Sequence record: KT919972.1
Reading direction: 5' to 3' (one strand)
DNA length: 64,000 nucleotides
Shown here: one piece after another, positions 26,802-37,401 of the stretch
Numbering within the stretch: position 1 is the stretch's first letter
Layout of the letters: each line of letters starts with the position of its first letter
The notes under the pieces: generated by a model
The model's input: only the letters and a program-made list of their open reading frames with translations
Database searches by the model: none
Told to the model about the DNA's origin: nothing
Program-made: the position numbers and the translations under genes

Positions 26802-29031
26802 GTTTAAAGACGTAACATATAGTAATATCATGTCAGTAGGCAACACGCCTATTACAGTAGATTTATCTGAGTTTAATAAGACATTGATTACTGGTACAAA
26901 CGGTGCTGGTAAATCGACGTTTATCGAAGCAGTTTGTTTCGCGTTGTACGGTAAACCATTCCGTAATATCAAAAAGACTCAGATAGTCAACGCCGTGAAT
27001 AAGAAAAAGTTATTGGTTGAAATTACATTTCAAGACAATAAGCATGTTTATAAAATCATTCGCGGTATTAAACCAAACAAGTTCGAAATCTACAAAGACG
27101 ATGAACTAATCCCGCAAGAAGCTGCTGTTGCTGATTATCAAGACATGCTCGAAAAGAACATCTTGAAAATGAGTCTAAGCACGTTTAAACAGATTGCGGT
27201 GCTAGGCACAGCGGGTTATACACCATTTATGCTTTTACCTGCTGGTAAACGTCGTGAGATTGTAGAAGACTTGCTTGATATCGGTATCTTCAGTGATATG
27301 GCAGCGTTGAACAAAGTTGCGCTGAAACAACTCAATGAGAAGATCAAAGATACCGAAGCTGAAATCGAACGTCGAATGGGTGAGCTTAAACTACACATTC
27401 AGTTTCAGAAAGAACAGCAAGATAACCGTGATGGTGACCTTGCTCAACTTGAAGCGCGTAAGAAAGAAGCTGAAGCAGAGCTTGTACCTATTGGTATTGC
27501 AATCGCAGAGCTTGAAAATCAAATCAGCGGCGATAGCAAGATTCTACGTGATCTGAAACAGAAGCTTGATTTTGAACTGTCAGCGGCAGAAGAAGAGCAC
27601 GAAACTGAACTTGCTGCGTTAGATTCTGAGCATCGTGCCAATATCAACGAGATCGAATCTAAACAGAAAGAAGAACTTGATGAACTCAAGGCGAAGCAAA
27701 CAAGCGAACAGAACGTAATCGACGAGCTGAATGAACAAGAAGTTCTCGACCTCGACAAAGAACACTCACAAGAACTGATTGATTTCGATAAAGAGACCGA
27801 GAAAAACACACCAGAAGCACCAGATGCTGATGCTATTGCTGCTGATACTTCGACGGTGTTGAGCAACAAGAAAGAAATCGCGAAGCTCAAAGAGAATAAA
27901 GAATTCTTTGAGAAGAACGGTGACTGTGAATGTTCGACGTGTAAGCAAACAATTTCGTCTGATTTCGCGCAAAGTGTCATTGATATGGCTGATTCGCAGA
28001 TCGCAACTCTTACTGAAGAAAGCAAAGCACTTGCTGAAAAGATTCGTGCTGCTCAAGCGCAGTCTAAAGCTCGTAGTGAGTATATTAGCACTCGTGCGAG
28101 TGAACGTTCAGCTTTAGATGAGAAACAGCGTACAGAGCGTTCTGTGCTCGTTAAGAAGCAATCAGAGAAGCGTGCTGAAGTAATCGAAGCGCAGCGTGAA
28201 GAAATGTCGAAGAAAACCAGTATTTTCAACGATACACTGACGTTGTTACGTGAAGAACAATCTAAAGCTCGTGCAGAATCAGTTGCGCAGTTTGCTGACA
28301 TCAAAGCGTCATTGACCGATAAGGGTGCGAGTGAACGCGAAGAATTAGCGAATAACATCGCTAAAGACAAAGCTGAATTAGCGAAAGCAATAACTAACGA
28401 GCAGAACTTGACGTCCAAGATTGCGACTATCAATGCAGACATTGAAGACGTAAAAGCGAAAGCTGCAACGGAAGACCGCTCGGCGCTGATCAAGAAACTG
28501 ACTGCTGAAGTTCGTGAAGTGAAAGCAGGCTTGCAAAATGATTTGCAGACTAAGCACTGTCGTACCATCGTTGGTACATTATTGAAAGATGACGGCGTGA
28601 AGTCGATGATCGTTCGCCAGTACATTCCGATGATCAACAAGTATATCAATGACTACTTGAAGACTATGAATGCAAACTACAACTTTGTTCTTGATGAAGA
28701 ATTCAACGAGACGATTAAATCTCGTGGTCGTGACGACTTTAGTTACACGTCATTCTCTCAAGGTGAACGTTGTCGTATTGACTTGGCATTGCTATTCGCG
28801 TTCCGTGACTTAGTAAGTGCTCGTACAGGTTCGATGACCAACCTATTAGTACTCGATGAAGTATTTGATTCGGCTGCTGATACTGATGGTGTTGATTCTA
28901 TCAATCAAATCTTGAGCAGTATTCAAGATAACGTGTTTATCATCTCACACAGTGAGAAGCATGAACAAAGCATGTTTGATAAGCATATTAAATTTGCCAA
29001 GAAAGGTAATTTCACAAGAGAGGTCAAATGA
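26794..29031 (+). CDS. gp46: Recombination ATPase, Rad50/SbcC-like, with extended coiled coil
   Basis: GTNGAGKST Walker A, CSTC zinc hook, FSQGE signature, LDEVFD Walker B, IISH. Confidence 0.96.
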   Translation: MIKFKDVTYSNIMSVGNTPITVDLSEFNKTLITGTNGAGKSTFIEAVCFALYGKPFRNIKKTQIVNAVNKKKLLVEITFQDNKHVYKIIRGIKPNKFEIYKDDELIPQEAAVADYQDMLEKNILKMSLSTFKQIAVLGTAGYTPFMLLPAGKRREIVEDLLDIGIFSDMAALNKVALKQLNEKIKDTEAEIERRMGELKLHIQFQKEQQDNRDGDLAQLEARKKEAEAELVPIGIAIAELENQISGDSKILRDLKQKLDFELSAAEEEHETELAALDSEHRANINEIESKQKEELDELKAKQTSEQNVIDELNEQEVLDLDKEHSQELIDFDKETEKNTPEAPDADAIAADTSTVLSNKKEIAKLKENKEFFEKNGDCECSTCKQTISSDFAQSVIDMADSQIATLTEESKALAEKIRAAQAQSKARSEYISTRASERSALDEKQRTERSVLVKKQSEKRAEVIEAQREEMSKKTSIFNDTLTLLREEQSKARAESVAQFADIKASLTDKGASEREELANNIAKDKAELAKAITNEQNLTSKIATINADIEDVKAKAATEDRSALIKKLTAEVREVKAGLQNDLQTKHCRTIVGTLLKDDGVKSMIVRQYIPMINKYINDYLKTMNANYNFVLDEEFNETIKSRGRDDFSYTSFSQGERCRIDLALLFAFRDLVSARTGSMTNLLVLDEVFDSAADTDGVDSINQILSSIQDNVFIISHSEKHEQSMFDKHIKFAKKGNFTREVK

Positions 29032-29492
29032 AACTCGTACCGATGACGGTCGATTACAGTGAAGATATTTACACGATGTGTAAGTATCTTTTACTTAACG
29101 ACACACACACAGAATGTCCAGAAACGAAGATCGGGCGCTTTATGCTCGGTCGTGCGACTGGTCATACAACTTCGATGGTAAAAGCCGCAGAGCGTCTACG
29201 ACGCGAAGGTTTCAATGTGCTTGAAGTCTATTACAACGAATTAAATCGTTCGATGAATCGCCGTGGTTGTAATCATGACATGGCAACGACTTATGACAAG
29301 ATCGTTCGTGATGGGGTTTATCACAACGCATTCGTAGGTCGTGGCAATGCAAATATGCCAGACATCATCTTGTTTGACACATATTCGTTTGCTGAACAAC
29401 GCATTCGCGGTGTATCTACGAAAGTAGATGAATTGATGCATATTTTGCATCGTGAGTTTAACAAGAAAACTGCGTTTTTCTTCATTCAATAG
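29028..29492 (+). CDS. Hypothetical protein with degenerate P-loop-like motifs
   Basis: GRATGHTT and IILFD. Confidence 0.55.
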   Translation: MKLVPMTVDYSEDIYTMCKYLLLNDTHTECPETKIGRFMLGRATGHTTSMVKAAERLRREGFNVLEVYYNELNRSMNRRGCNHDMATTYDKIVRDGVYHNAFVGRGNANMPDIILFDTYSFAEQRIRGVSTKVDELMHILHREFNKKTAFFFIQ

Positions 29493-29493
29493 T

Positions 29494-29523
29494 GTTTAGA
29501 CCGGTAAATAGCCGTGCTAATAT
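29494..29523 (+). promoter_or_regulatory. Class II promoter upstream of the 45-44-62 unit
   Basis: G-TTTAGA-N17-TAATAT with TGn extended -10. Confidence 0.65.
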
Positions 29524-29542
29524 AAGCGCAGCTATTGAGGAA

Positions 29543-29758
29543 ATGCAAATGAACTTAGACAATTATCAATCTATGCCAGAGATAAAACATTGGGTTATCA
29601 TTGATGCATTCACTGGCGAAGAAAAAATCATCCCTGAGGCTCAACTACTAGAAGCGTTCGGTAAAGAGCGTTGGTTGAAAATCACATCTGGTCTAGACGA
29701 CTACTTTACTGCTTACGAGTATAACTTTGAATATACTGAACGTGGCTTTAAACTTTAA
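29543..29758 (+). CDS. Hypothetical protein
   Basis: GAGG RBS before ATG 29543. Confidence 0.6.
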   Translation: MQMNLDNYQSMPEIKHWVIIDAFTGEEKIIPEAQLLEAFGKERWLKITSGLDDYFTAYEYNFEYTERGFKL

Positions 29759-29792
29759 TTGAATAAAATATCATAATCTTGAAGGTAAAAGA

Positions 29793-30458
29793 ATGAAACT
29801 ATCTAAATCTACAATCGAAGTACTGAAAAACTTTGCAGGCATCAACAACGGCATGGTTATCCATCAAGGTTCTCGACTACGTACTCAAGACAACTTGAAC
29901 AAGCAAATCGCTTACGCTGACATCGAAGATTCGTTCCCTGTAGAGTTTGCAGTGTACGATCTGGGTGAGTTTCTAAGCGCGTTGAACTTGCTTGACAATG
30001 CTGAACTTGATTTCCAAGAAAAATACGTTGTCGTTACTGGTGATGGTGGTACGAAGCTTACGTTCCAATATGCAAACGCTGAGTTTGTAACTGAAGCACC
30101 TGAAAAAGTAAACTTCCCTACTGAACTAGACGGCGGTGCTGAGTTTGATCTCAAAGGTGAAGATCTACAGCGCGTTAAAAAAGCGTCTGCGACACTAGGT
30201 CTTTCTGACATCTGTGTTCGAACTGAAGCGGGTAGCACTGCAATCACGCTATCAGCTACTGATGCACAAGGTTCAAGCAAACACACGTTTGAAATCAACG
30301 TTGGTGAAGTTGAATCAGACGTTGAATTCAAGTTCTTCTTCAAAGCAGAGCGTTTGAACATCGTTGACCAAGACTACAAAGTTTCGATTCACCCAGCGGG
30401 TATTTCTCGCTTCTTGGGTCTATCACTTGAGTACTTCATTGCAACCGAAGCACTTTAA
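29793..30458 (+). CDS. gp45: Sliding clamp
   Basis: MKLSKSTIEVLKNFAGIN, FAVYDLGEFLS.L.L; position before gene 44. Confidence 0.95.
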   Translation: MKLSKSTIEVLKNFAGINNGMVIHQGSRLRTQDNLNKQIAYADIEDSFPVEFAVYDLGEFLSALNLLDNAELDFQEKYVVVTGDGGTKLTFQYANAEFVTEAPEKVNFPTELDGGAEFDLKGEDLQRVKKASATLGLSDICVRTEAGSTAITLSATDAQGSSKHTFEINVGEVESDVEFKFFFKAERLNIVDQDYKVSIHPAGISRFLGLSLEYFIATEAL

Positions 30459-30475
30459 GTTATTTGTAAGTTATC

Positions 30476-30497
30476 GGGGCTGCAAAGCCCCTTTTTT
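30476..30497 (+). terminator. Intrinsic terminator
   Basis: ggggct-gcaa-agcccctttttt. Confidence 0.75.
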
Positions 30498-30524
30498 GAA
30501 AATTTTATTATGGGAAACGACTAA

Positions 30525-31475
30525 ATGAATTTTGATCCGAAAGAACTTCTATGGGAACAACGCTACCGTCCACAAACAATCAACGACTGTGTATTACCCG
30601 AGCGCGTGCGTGAACACTTTCAAGCGATGATTGATTCGGGTGAAATCCCAAACATGCTGTTAGCAAGTTCTTCACCTGGTACTGGTAAAACGACTGTTGC
30701 GCGTGCTGTGCTTGCAGATATGGGTTATGAAGTGCTTTTCATTAACGCATCATCTAGTCGCGGCATCAAGCTTGTACAGAACGATTTACCTGCATTCTGT
30801 TCGACTGTATCATTCTCTGGTAAGCCAAAAGCAATCATTCTTGATGAGGCAGACAACTTAACACCAGATGCTCAGAAAGCACTACGTGGTTTGATTGAGC
30901 AATACAGCAAAAACGTTCGCTTTATTCTGACATGTAACTATTCTCAGAAAATCTTAACACCGATTCGTTCACGTCTACAGACATTCGAGTTTGTATACGA
31001 CAAAGACGAGCGACTATCGTGTATCAAGCAAATGATTCTGCGTTCGATGAGTATTTGTAAGCAAGAAGGCATTTCTGTGACCAATGCAGCGGTGTTGAAA
31101 GAGCTTGTAAAACGCAATTACCCAGACAATCGTAAAACTGTTGTTGCGTTGCAGAATTATTCTCGTAAAGGTGTTATCGACGAAGGTATTCTTTCAGAGA
31201 TCACAGCAAACGATGATATTTCTGAAATGATTGCGGCTTTGAAATCGAAAGACTTCAAAACGATTCGCGGTCTGATTCCGAAATACTCTGGAGATCTTGC
31301 GTCGTTTCTACATAATCTTTACAAAGCGGCATATACTGACTTAGACGGTAATAGCATCCCGACATTCATTCAAATTGTAGGCGAAGCAAACAACAACGCT
31401 ACAACTTGTGTCGATACTGAAATTCTACTAGCGTACACGCTTGTTCAAATCATGCTTGAGTGTACTTTCGTATAA
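30525..31475 (+). CDS. gp44: Clamp loader large subunit
   Basis: WEQRYRP, SPGTGKTT, INAS, IILDEAD, LRSR. Confidence 0.96.
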   Translation: MNFDPKELLWEQRYRPQTINDCVLPERVREHFQAMIDSGEIPNMLLASSSPGTGKTTVARAVLADMGYEVLFINASSSRGIKLVQNDLPAFCSTVSFSGKPKAIILDEADNLTPDAQKALRGLIEQYSKNVRFILTCNYSQKILTPIRSRLQTFEFVYDKDERLSCIKQMILRSMSICKQEGISVTNAAVLKELVKRNYPDNRKTVVALQNYSRKGVIDEGILSEITANDDISEMIAALKSKDFKTIRGLIPKYSGDLASFLHNLYKAAYTDLDGNSIPTFIQIVGEANNNATTCVDTEILLAYTLVQIMLECTFV

Positions 31476-31485
31476 GGGGGGTTTG

Positions 31486-31977
31486 ATGGACATCTTTGAA
31501 TTCCTAGCGAAAGGCGAAGAAACTGAAGCGAGAATCGCGGAAGAAGAAAAAGAATACGAAGAAGAGCTGAAGAAAGCGAAGAAAGCAGAGAAATATTCAC
31601 CGTTTGATTTCGTTGACAGTATCTACATGAAGAAACGTTTACCAGATGCGGTTGTTGATGAGCAATATCTACCATTTATGGTGAATCGCGCATTGAGCAA
31701 CGGCATCGATACAGTTCTTCATGCGTATATCATGGATTCGGTTGGTAGTAAGTTACCGAATGAAATGCAATATGATTATTTGTATCATGCAGTTCGTAAA
31801 GGTAAGCGATTCAATTCATGGGCAAAAGAACCGAAATATGACTATGTTGATCTAATTGTTGATGTATACAACGTCAATAAATCACATGCAATTAGTATTT
31901 CAAATCGTCTAACGCCCGAAGAGTTGAATCAATTACAAGAATGGTACGACTCACGAACGGGGGGCTTAACACGCTAA
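31486..31977 (+). CDS. gp62: Clamp loader small subunit
   Basis: SPFDFVDSI, PFMVNRALS, QYDYLYHAVRKGKRF..WAK. Confidence 0.92.
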   Translation: MDIFEFLAKGEETEARIAEEEKEYEEELKKAKKAEKYSPFDFVDSIYMKKRLPDAVVDEQYLPFMVNRALSNGIDTVLHAYIMDSVGSKLPNEMQYDYLYHAVRKGKRFNSWAKEPKYDYVDLIVDVYNVNKSHAISISNRLTPEELNQLQEWYDSRTGGLTR

Positions 31978-32011
31978 TAAATATATTTTTATTATGCTGT
32001 TGAGATTAATC

Positions 32012-32392
32012 ATGGACATTATTAACAAACTTGAAATTCAATTACCAGACGACGATGCATTTCTAAAGATTCGCGAGACATTAACGCGAATCGGCATCGC
32101 GAACAACAAAACAAATACTCTATATCAATCGTGCCATATTCTTCAGAAACGTGGCGTTTATTTCCTCGTACATTTTAAAGAGCTTTTAGCACTTGACGGT
32201 CGTTGCGTTGAAATAACAGACGAAGATATTGAGCGTCGTAATAACATTGCTAAATTACTTGAAGATTGGAATCTATGTAAGATCGCGCACCCTGAGTCGC
32301 ACGAATTTACTGGCGATAATAAGTTTCGAGTTATTTCGTTCCGTGATTCTAAAAACTGGAATTTACGATACAAATATAAAATTGGCGGTTAA
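32012..32392 (+). CDS. regA: Translational repressor RegA
   Basis: FLKIRETLTRIGIAN, LYQSCHILQKRG.YF.VHFKEL..LDG. Confidence 0.96.
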   Translation: MDIINKLEIQLPDDDAFLKIRETLTRIGIANNKTNTLYQSCHILQKRGVYFLVHFKELLALDGRCVEITDEDIERRNNIAKLLEDWNLCKIAHPESHEFTGDNKFRVISFRDSKNWNLRYKYKIGG

Positions 32393-32424
32393 TATGAGAC
32401 GCGAAGAAGACTGGTTTTAATTAA

Positions 32425-32449
32425 TAAGGGGCAATTAAGCCCCTTTATT
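32425..32449 (+). terminator. Intrinsic terminator after regA
   Basis: aaggggc-aatta-agcccctttatttt. Confidence 0.65.
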
Positions 32450-32463
32450 TTGAGGAATGTATT

Positions 32464-33075
32464 ATGGCAGACGCAAGATTTGAAATTGGTTTAGTTGGTG
32501 AATATCTAGCTGAAGCAATCTTACCTGACTATCTCGGATGTACTCTTGTCGCTCGTACTGACAAATATCGAGATCAACATGGTCGTTGCAATTATGATTA
32601 TGATGTTGTTTTCGAAGGTGCTCATCGTTTCGGCGGAGACATCATTTACGGGCTTGATGCCAAAGTCAAGTCATACGTATCTTATCACCCAAGCATCGAC
32701 GGTGTGAAAATACTTTATATCGATCAATTCAAATATCATGACTATATTGGTATTGTCAACGACGAGGGTCGAGATAATATAAAGTTTTATTTTCTATTCG
32801 TTGATCGCTCAACATATGACATCTATCTTATCAGTGATTTACCTGATTATACCAATCTCTATATTTCATCTAGTGAATTCAATACGCACGGGAAAAACCC
32901 TGAGAACTTACATATTGCATGGGATTTATCTAAACACAAGCCAATTGTTCGATTTAATAAAGACGCCAGATACGCAATTAATCGCTCAGTTGAAAAGTAT
33001 ACAAATGAGAAAATCACTAAAGAATATTTGAAAAAATACATAAAGAATGTTTATAAGAAGTGTATTGCACTTTAA
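32464..33075 (+). CDS. Putative PD-(D/E)xK nuclease inserted between regA and 43
   Basis: G..GEYLA helix, YDYD, LDAKVKS; noticeably AT-richer codons than the flanking genes. Confidence 0.5.
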   Translation: MADARFEIGLVGEYLAEAILPDYLGCTLVARTDKYRDQHGRCNYDYDVVFEGAHRFGGDIIYGLDAKVKSYVSYHPSIDGVKILYIDQFKYHDYIGIVNDEGRDNIKFYFLFVDRSTYDIYLISDLPDYTNLYISSSEFNTHGKNPENLHIAWDLSKHKPIVRFNKDARYAINRSVEKYTNEKITKEYLKKYIKNVYKKCIAL

Positions 33076-33078
33076 TAT
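33049..33078 (+). promoter_or_regulatory. Class II promoter for gene 43
   Basis: G-TTTATA-N17-TAATAT. Confidence 0.6.
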
Positions 33079-33112
33079 AACAACACGTAACAACTTGTGA
33101 AGGAATATCATG
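33073..33112 (+). promoter_or_regulatory. Candidate gp43 autogenous translational operator
   Basis: TAATATA-acaa-CACG[taacaact]TGTG-AAGGAATATC-ATG resembles the T4 operator layout (UAAUAUA...hairpin with AAUAACUC loop...AAGGAAUAUCUAUG). Confidence 0.55.
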
Positions 33113-35662
33113 GCAATCTATACATCAATTGAACGAATCGGCTCTAATCTTTGTGAACGTTATTTAGATGATGACGGGTTTGAGCATATGCGCAAAGTCA
33201 AATATGAACCGACTCTGTTCATTCACTGTAACGAAGAAACTGGTTACAACGACATCTACGGTCGCAACTGTCGCCCAAAGATGTTTGACACAATGGGCGA
33301 AGCTAGTAAGTACATCAAAGACACTAAGCAGCATCATGAAGTACTCGGTATGGACGACTTCGTTGTAACTTATATCTCTGATACTTACAAAGAACGTAAC
33401 TTCGACATCAATCGTATTCGAATTGCAAATATCGATATCGAAACCCCGTCTGTTGAGTTCCCTGAAGCAGCGCACGCTCCAGTGCCTATTACTTCAATCG
33501 GTCACTATGACAACATCGACGATAAATTCTACGTTTACGGTATTCCATCAAATGAAGAATGGTCGCGTGAAAGCAGCATCGTTAAGCCAGAACTTCTAGA
33601 AAAAACAGTGTATATTCGCTGTGCAACTGAAAAAGAGTTACTTGTTAAGTATCTGCAATTCTGGCGCGAAAAGACCCCAGCAATCGTAACAGGTTGGAAC
33701 ATTGAATCGTTCGATATGCCATACATTGTCAATCGATACAAAAATCTGTTTGGTGAGAAGGTGATGAATAGCTTGTCACCGTGGGGTAAAGTTCACATTT
33801 CGACGATGACTAACGATTACGGTCAAGAAATCTGTAAAGTGAATATCGTCGGCGTATCTGAACTCGATTATCTTCAGCTTTACAAGAAATTCACTTACGT
33901 GACTCGACCATCTTATCGTCTTGATTACATCGGTGAAGTTGAACTTGATGAGAAAAAAGTTGAGTTTACACAAGCGAACTACTTAGAGTTCTATGAGCAA
34001 GATTATCAGAACTTCATTGACTATCAGATTCAAGACGTTAACTTGGTTAAACGACTTGATGAGAAACTTCAGTTGATGCTTTTGACTGTTTCTCTAGCGT
34101 ACTATGCGGGTATCAACTATCAGACGGTACTTGGTACGATTAAACCGTGGGATGCAATCATCTTCAACAGTTTGAAAGCTGAGAAGAAAGTAGTACCAAT
34201 GATGACATCGCACGAAGGTGGTCGATTCATGGGCGCGTTTGTAAAAGCACCTCAAGTGGGTTATCATCGCGGCATTGGCTCTTTCGACTTAACATCACTG
34301 TACCCGTCGATTATTCGTGAGTGTAACATTTCACCAGAAACAATCGTTGGTCAGCTTGACTATGAAGGTACACTTGAAGATCGTATCGACAAGATTGTTG
34401 ACATGGCTATTACGTTCCCTGCTGATGACATTTCAAACAGCGCGAACGGTATGCAATATCGCAAAGACGTGCGTGGTGTAATCCCGATTGAGATTGAGAA
34501 AGTCTTCTTCCAGCGTAAAGCTAATAAGAAGAAAGCGTTCGAATACGAACAGCAAGCAATCGACATCAAGAAAAAAATGGACGAAGAAGGTGAAACACCT
34601 GAACTTCGTGAAGCATACGAGCACGCGAAACATGAAGCGAAGATCTACGACGTACAGCAAATGGCTCGTAAGATCTTGATCAACTCACTCTATGGTGCGT
34701 TAGGTAACGAATACTTCCGCTTCTACGATCTACGTAATGCAGAAGCTGTAACCGCATACGGTCAGCTTGCAATCAAATGGGTAGCGCGTGACGTTAACAT
34801 CTGGTTGAACAAAGTTTGTAAGACAACTGACAAAGACTACGTGATTTACGGTGATACCGACTCAATCTACGTTAACTTTGATCCGCTTCTTGAACTTACT
34901 GGCGTTAACAAACTTGAAGGTGATGAATACACAGATAAATTCTCTAAAGTCTGTGAGACAGTTGAAACGAAAGTTATCAACCCGTCATACGAAGCACTGC
35001 ACAAGTACATGAACACGTATGAGCGTCAAATGTTCATGGACCGAGAAGTTCTAGCACGTACTGGCTTCTTTATCGCGAAAAAGCGTTACGCGCTTGACGT
35101 ACAAGATAACGAAGGCATTCGTAAACCGAAGCTGAAAATCATGGGTATTGAAACTCAACGTAGTTCAACACCACCACTTTGCCAAAAAGGTCTTAAAGAA
35201 GCAATTCGTTTGATTCTGCAAGAAGGCGAAGAGAAGCTTCAAGAATTCGTTAAAGAGTATGAGAAAGAGTTCAAAGTAGCTCCGTATCAAGAAGTGTCGT
35301 TTGTGTCTAGCGCGAACAACATGAACAAATACTCTGACGAGCAAGGTAACCCAGGTAAAGGTTGTCCAGGTCATGTAAAAGGTGCGTTGTACTACAACAA
35401 ACTAGCTGCACAACATGGGTTCGACAAGATCAACGAAGGTGATAAAATCGCTGTTGTGTTCTTGACTCGAAACAAACACGGCATTGACCGTATTGCTTAC
35501 CCATCTGGTGGTAAACTACCTGAACCAATCTCATACTTGATTGACCACGTAGATTACAATCGTTTGTACGAAGATAAGTTCATCAAACCATTGACTGCGA
35601 TTTCTGAAGCAATCAAGTTTGACTACAAGAAAACCATCACATTGGAGAGCTTCTTTGGCTAA
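33110..35662 (+). CDS. gp43: B-family DNA polymerase
   Basis: DIET exonuclease, [43 protein letters not shown]. Confidence 0.98.
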   Translation: MAIYTSIERIGSNLCERYLDDDGFEHMRKVKYEPTLFIHCNEETGYNDIYGRNCRPKMFDTMGEASKYIKDTKQHHEVLGMDDFVVTYISDTYKERNFDINRIRIANIDIETPSVEFPEAAHAPVPITSIGHYDNIDDKFYVYGIPSNEEWSRESSIVKPELLEKTVYIRCATEKELLVKYLQFWREKTPAIVTGWNIESFDMPYIVNRYKNLFGEKVMNSLSPWGKVHISTMTNDYGQEICKVNIVGVSELDYLQLYKKFTYVTRPSYRLDYIGEVELDEKKVEFTQANYLEFYEQDYQNFIDYQIQDVNLVKRLDEKLQLMLLTVSLAYYAGINYQTVLGTIKPWDAIIFNSLKAEKKVVPMMTSHEGGRFMGAFVKAPQVGYHRGIGSFDLTSLYPSIIRECNISPETIVGQLDYEGTLEDRIDKIVDMAITFPADDISNSANGMQYRKDVRGVIPIEIEKVFFQRKANKKKAFEYEQQAIDIKKKMDEEGETPELREAYEHAKHEAKIYDVQQMARKILINSLYGALGNEYFRFYDLRNAEAVTAYGQLAIKWVARDVNIWLNKVCKTTDKDYVIYGDTDSIYVNFDPLLELTGVNKLEGDEYTDKFSKVCETVETKVINPSYEALHKYMNTYERQMFMDREVLARTGFFIAKKRYALDVQDNEGIRKPKLKIMGIETQRSSTPPLCQKGLKEAIRLILQEGEEKLQEFVKEYEKEFKVAPYQEVSFVSSANNMNKYSDEQGNPGKGCPGHVKGALYYNKLAAQHGFDKINEGDKIAVVFLTRNKHGIDRIAYPSGGKLPEPISYLIDHVDYNRLYEDKFIKPLTAISEAIKFDYKKTITLESFFG

Positions 35663-35921
35663 TGTAGATAAAATTGAAATCAGTAGCGCAGAAATGCGCA
35701 CTGATTTTGCTCGTGAACTCGGTATTGATGAAATAAGATACGTCAAATACGAGCGTGACATTCAACTCGATATTTCATCTTGGTATGTTGAACATGATAA
35801 TAATGTATTATCGTTGACGTTTAAAAACGAAGAGCCGTCGATTCATGGCATCGTCATTCCGCCCCGAGTCGAACTTAACCTATCAAAGGTTAAAGAAATC
35901 ATCACAGAAATCTTGAAATAA
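35655..35921 (+). CDS. Hypothetical protein (TTG start)
   Basis: GGAG at 35643 precedes an in-frame TTG at 35655 (MANVDKIEI...). Confidence 0.55.
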   Translation: MANVDKIEISSAEMRTDFARELGIDEIRYVKYERDIQLDISSWYVEHDNNVLSLTFKNEEPSIHGIVIPPRVELNLSKVKEIITEILK

Positions 35922-35925
35922 GTTG

Positions 35926-35956
35926 TTGACAGTGTGCATGAACTCATGTACACTGT
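35926..35956 (+). promoter_or_regulatory. Sigma70-like promoter whose spacer is a palindrome
   Basis: TTGACA-N17-TACACT; acagtgtgcatga-ac-tcatgtacactgt. Confidence 0.75.
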
Positions 35957-35984
35957 TAAAAGACTATTTTGAGAGGAAAATAAC

Positions 35985-37130
35985 ATGAACGTACAAGAAT
36001 TATACAAAAATTTGATGTCTCTAGCTGATGACGCTGAAGGCAAGTTCTTCTTTGCTGATCATCTTTCACCGCTTGGTGAAAAGTTTCGCGTGTTTAGCTA
36101 TCATATTGCTTCATATTCTGATTGGCTTTTGCCGGGTGCTCTTGAAGCGCGTGGTATCATGTTTCAATTAGATGATAATGATGACATGATTCGTATCGTA
36201 TCTCGCCCGATGGAGAAATTCTTCAATCTAAACGAGAATCCCTTTACGATGGAACTTGACTTGACGACCACTGTACAACTAATGGACAAAGCTGATGGTT
36301 CATTGATTAGCACGTATTTGTCAGGTGAGAACTTCGCGCTGAAGTCAAAAACAAGCATCTTTTCGGAGCAAGCTGTTGCGGCTAATCGCTACATCAAAAA
36401 GCCAGAGAATCGTGACTTGTGGGAATTCTGTGACGATTGTACTCAAGCGGGTTTGACTGTCAACATGGAATGGTGTGCGCCTAACAACCGCATCGTTCTT
36501 GAGTACCCAGAAGCTAAACTGGTTATCTTGAATATTCGTGACAACGAAACAGGTGATTATGTAAGTTTCGACGACATTCCACAATCTGCGTTGATGCGTG
36601 TTAAACAGTGGCTTGTTGACGAGTACGACCCAGCGACTGCACATGAACCAGATTTCGTTGAGAAATTGCGAGATACGAAAGGTATTGAAGGCATGATCTT
36701 GCGTCTTGCAAACGGTCAATCTGTGAAAATCAAAACTCAATGGTATGTTGATTTACACTCGCAAAAAGACTCAGTGAATGTTCCGAAGAAGTTGGTAACA
36801 ACTATCTTGAACGGCAATCACGATGATCTCTATGCGCTATTCGCAGATGACAAACCGACGATTGAGCGTATTCGTGAATTTGATTCTCACGTGACGAAGA
36901 CTCTTACGAATTCATTCAATGCAGTTCGTCAGTTCTATGCTCGTAATCGCCATCTAGCGCGTAAAGACTATGCAATTGCAGGTCAGAAAGTATTAAAACC
37001 ATGGGAATTCGGGGTAGCTATGATCGCGTATCAGAAGCAGACAGTCGAAGGTGTCTATGAATCTTTAGTTACTGCATATCTGAAGCGACCAGAACTAGCA
37101 ATCCCAGAGAAATATCTAAACGGGGTGTAA
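35985..37130 (+). CDS. rnlA: RNA ligase 1
   Basis: ECRG-like LEARG, SRPMEKFFN.NE, KADGSLI, LKSK, EG.I, K.K..WY motifs. Confidence 0.95.
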   Translation: MNVQELYKNLMSLADDAEGKFFFADHLSPLGEKFRVFSYHIASYSDWLLPGALEARGIMFQLDDNDDMIRIVSRPMEKFFNLNENPFTMELDLTTTVQLMDKADGSLISTYLSGENFALKSKTSIFSEQAVAANRYIKKPENRDLWEFCDDCTQAGLTVNMEWCAPNNRIVLEYPEAKLVILNIRDNETGDYVSFDDIPQSALMRVKQWLVDEYDPATAHEPDFVEKLRDTKGIEGMILRLANGQSVKIKTQWYVDLHSQKDSVNVPKKLVTTILNGNHDDLYALFADDKPTIERIREFDSHVTKTLTNSFNAVRQFYARNRHLARKDYAIAGQKVLKPWEFGVAMIAYQKQTVEGVYESLVTAYLKRPELAIPEKYLNGV

Positions 37131-37400
37131 ATGCATTTTGTATTTCAAGACGGGGAGCCGATGCAAGTCGGTGACCCGAATGTATTCATTAAAAAGTTAC
37201 AAGAAGAGTTTTTACCTGCGTTGCAGAAGAAACTCGAAGAAGACCCAAAAAATCGAGGCGGTAAAATCGTCTACGTGGGCTCATCAAAAACAGATACTAT
37301 TCAAGGTCTTGACGTTCAAATATCAGACAAGAATGGTGTCGTATCTACGTTTTATCTAAATCCCTTCACACAGACGTTCGCTCCAGTCTTCTATTCTTAA
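37131..37400 (+). CDS. Hypothetical protein
   Basis: ORF abutting the rnlA stop. Confidence 0.65.
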   Translation: MHFVFQDGEPMQVGDPNVFIKKLQEEFLPALQKKLEEDPKNRGGKIVYVGSSKTDTIQGLDVQISDKNGVVSTFYLNPFTQTFAPVFYS

Positions 37401-37401
37401 T

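Noticed and set aside
27519-28649. Long antisense ORFs (e.g. 27519-28025, 28053-28649, 29912-30361, 7558-7956, 55505-55855, and 16388-16903 opposite alt)
   Set aside because: They shadow well-supported genes on the opposite strand, have Ser-rich codon-mirror composition and lack RBS or promoter support.
33110-35662. Intein or split DNA polymerase
   Set aside because: The 850-aa ORF is normal length with no intein motifs.
37131-37400. alc homolog (syntenic position between rnlA and pseT.3)
   Set aside because: About half the length of T4 Alc with no recognisable similarity.
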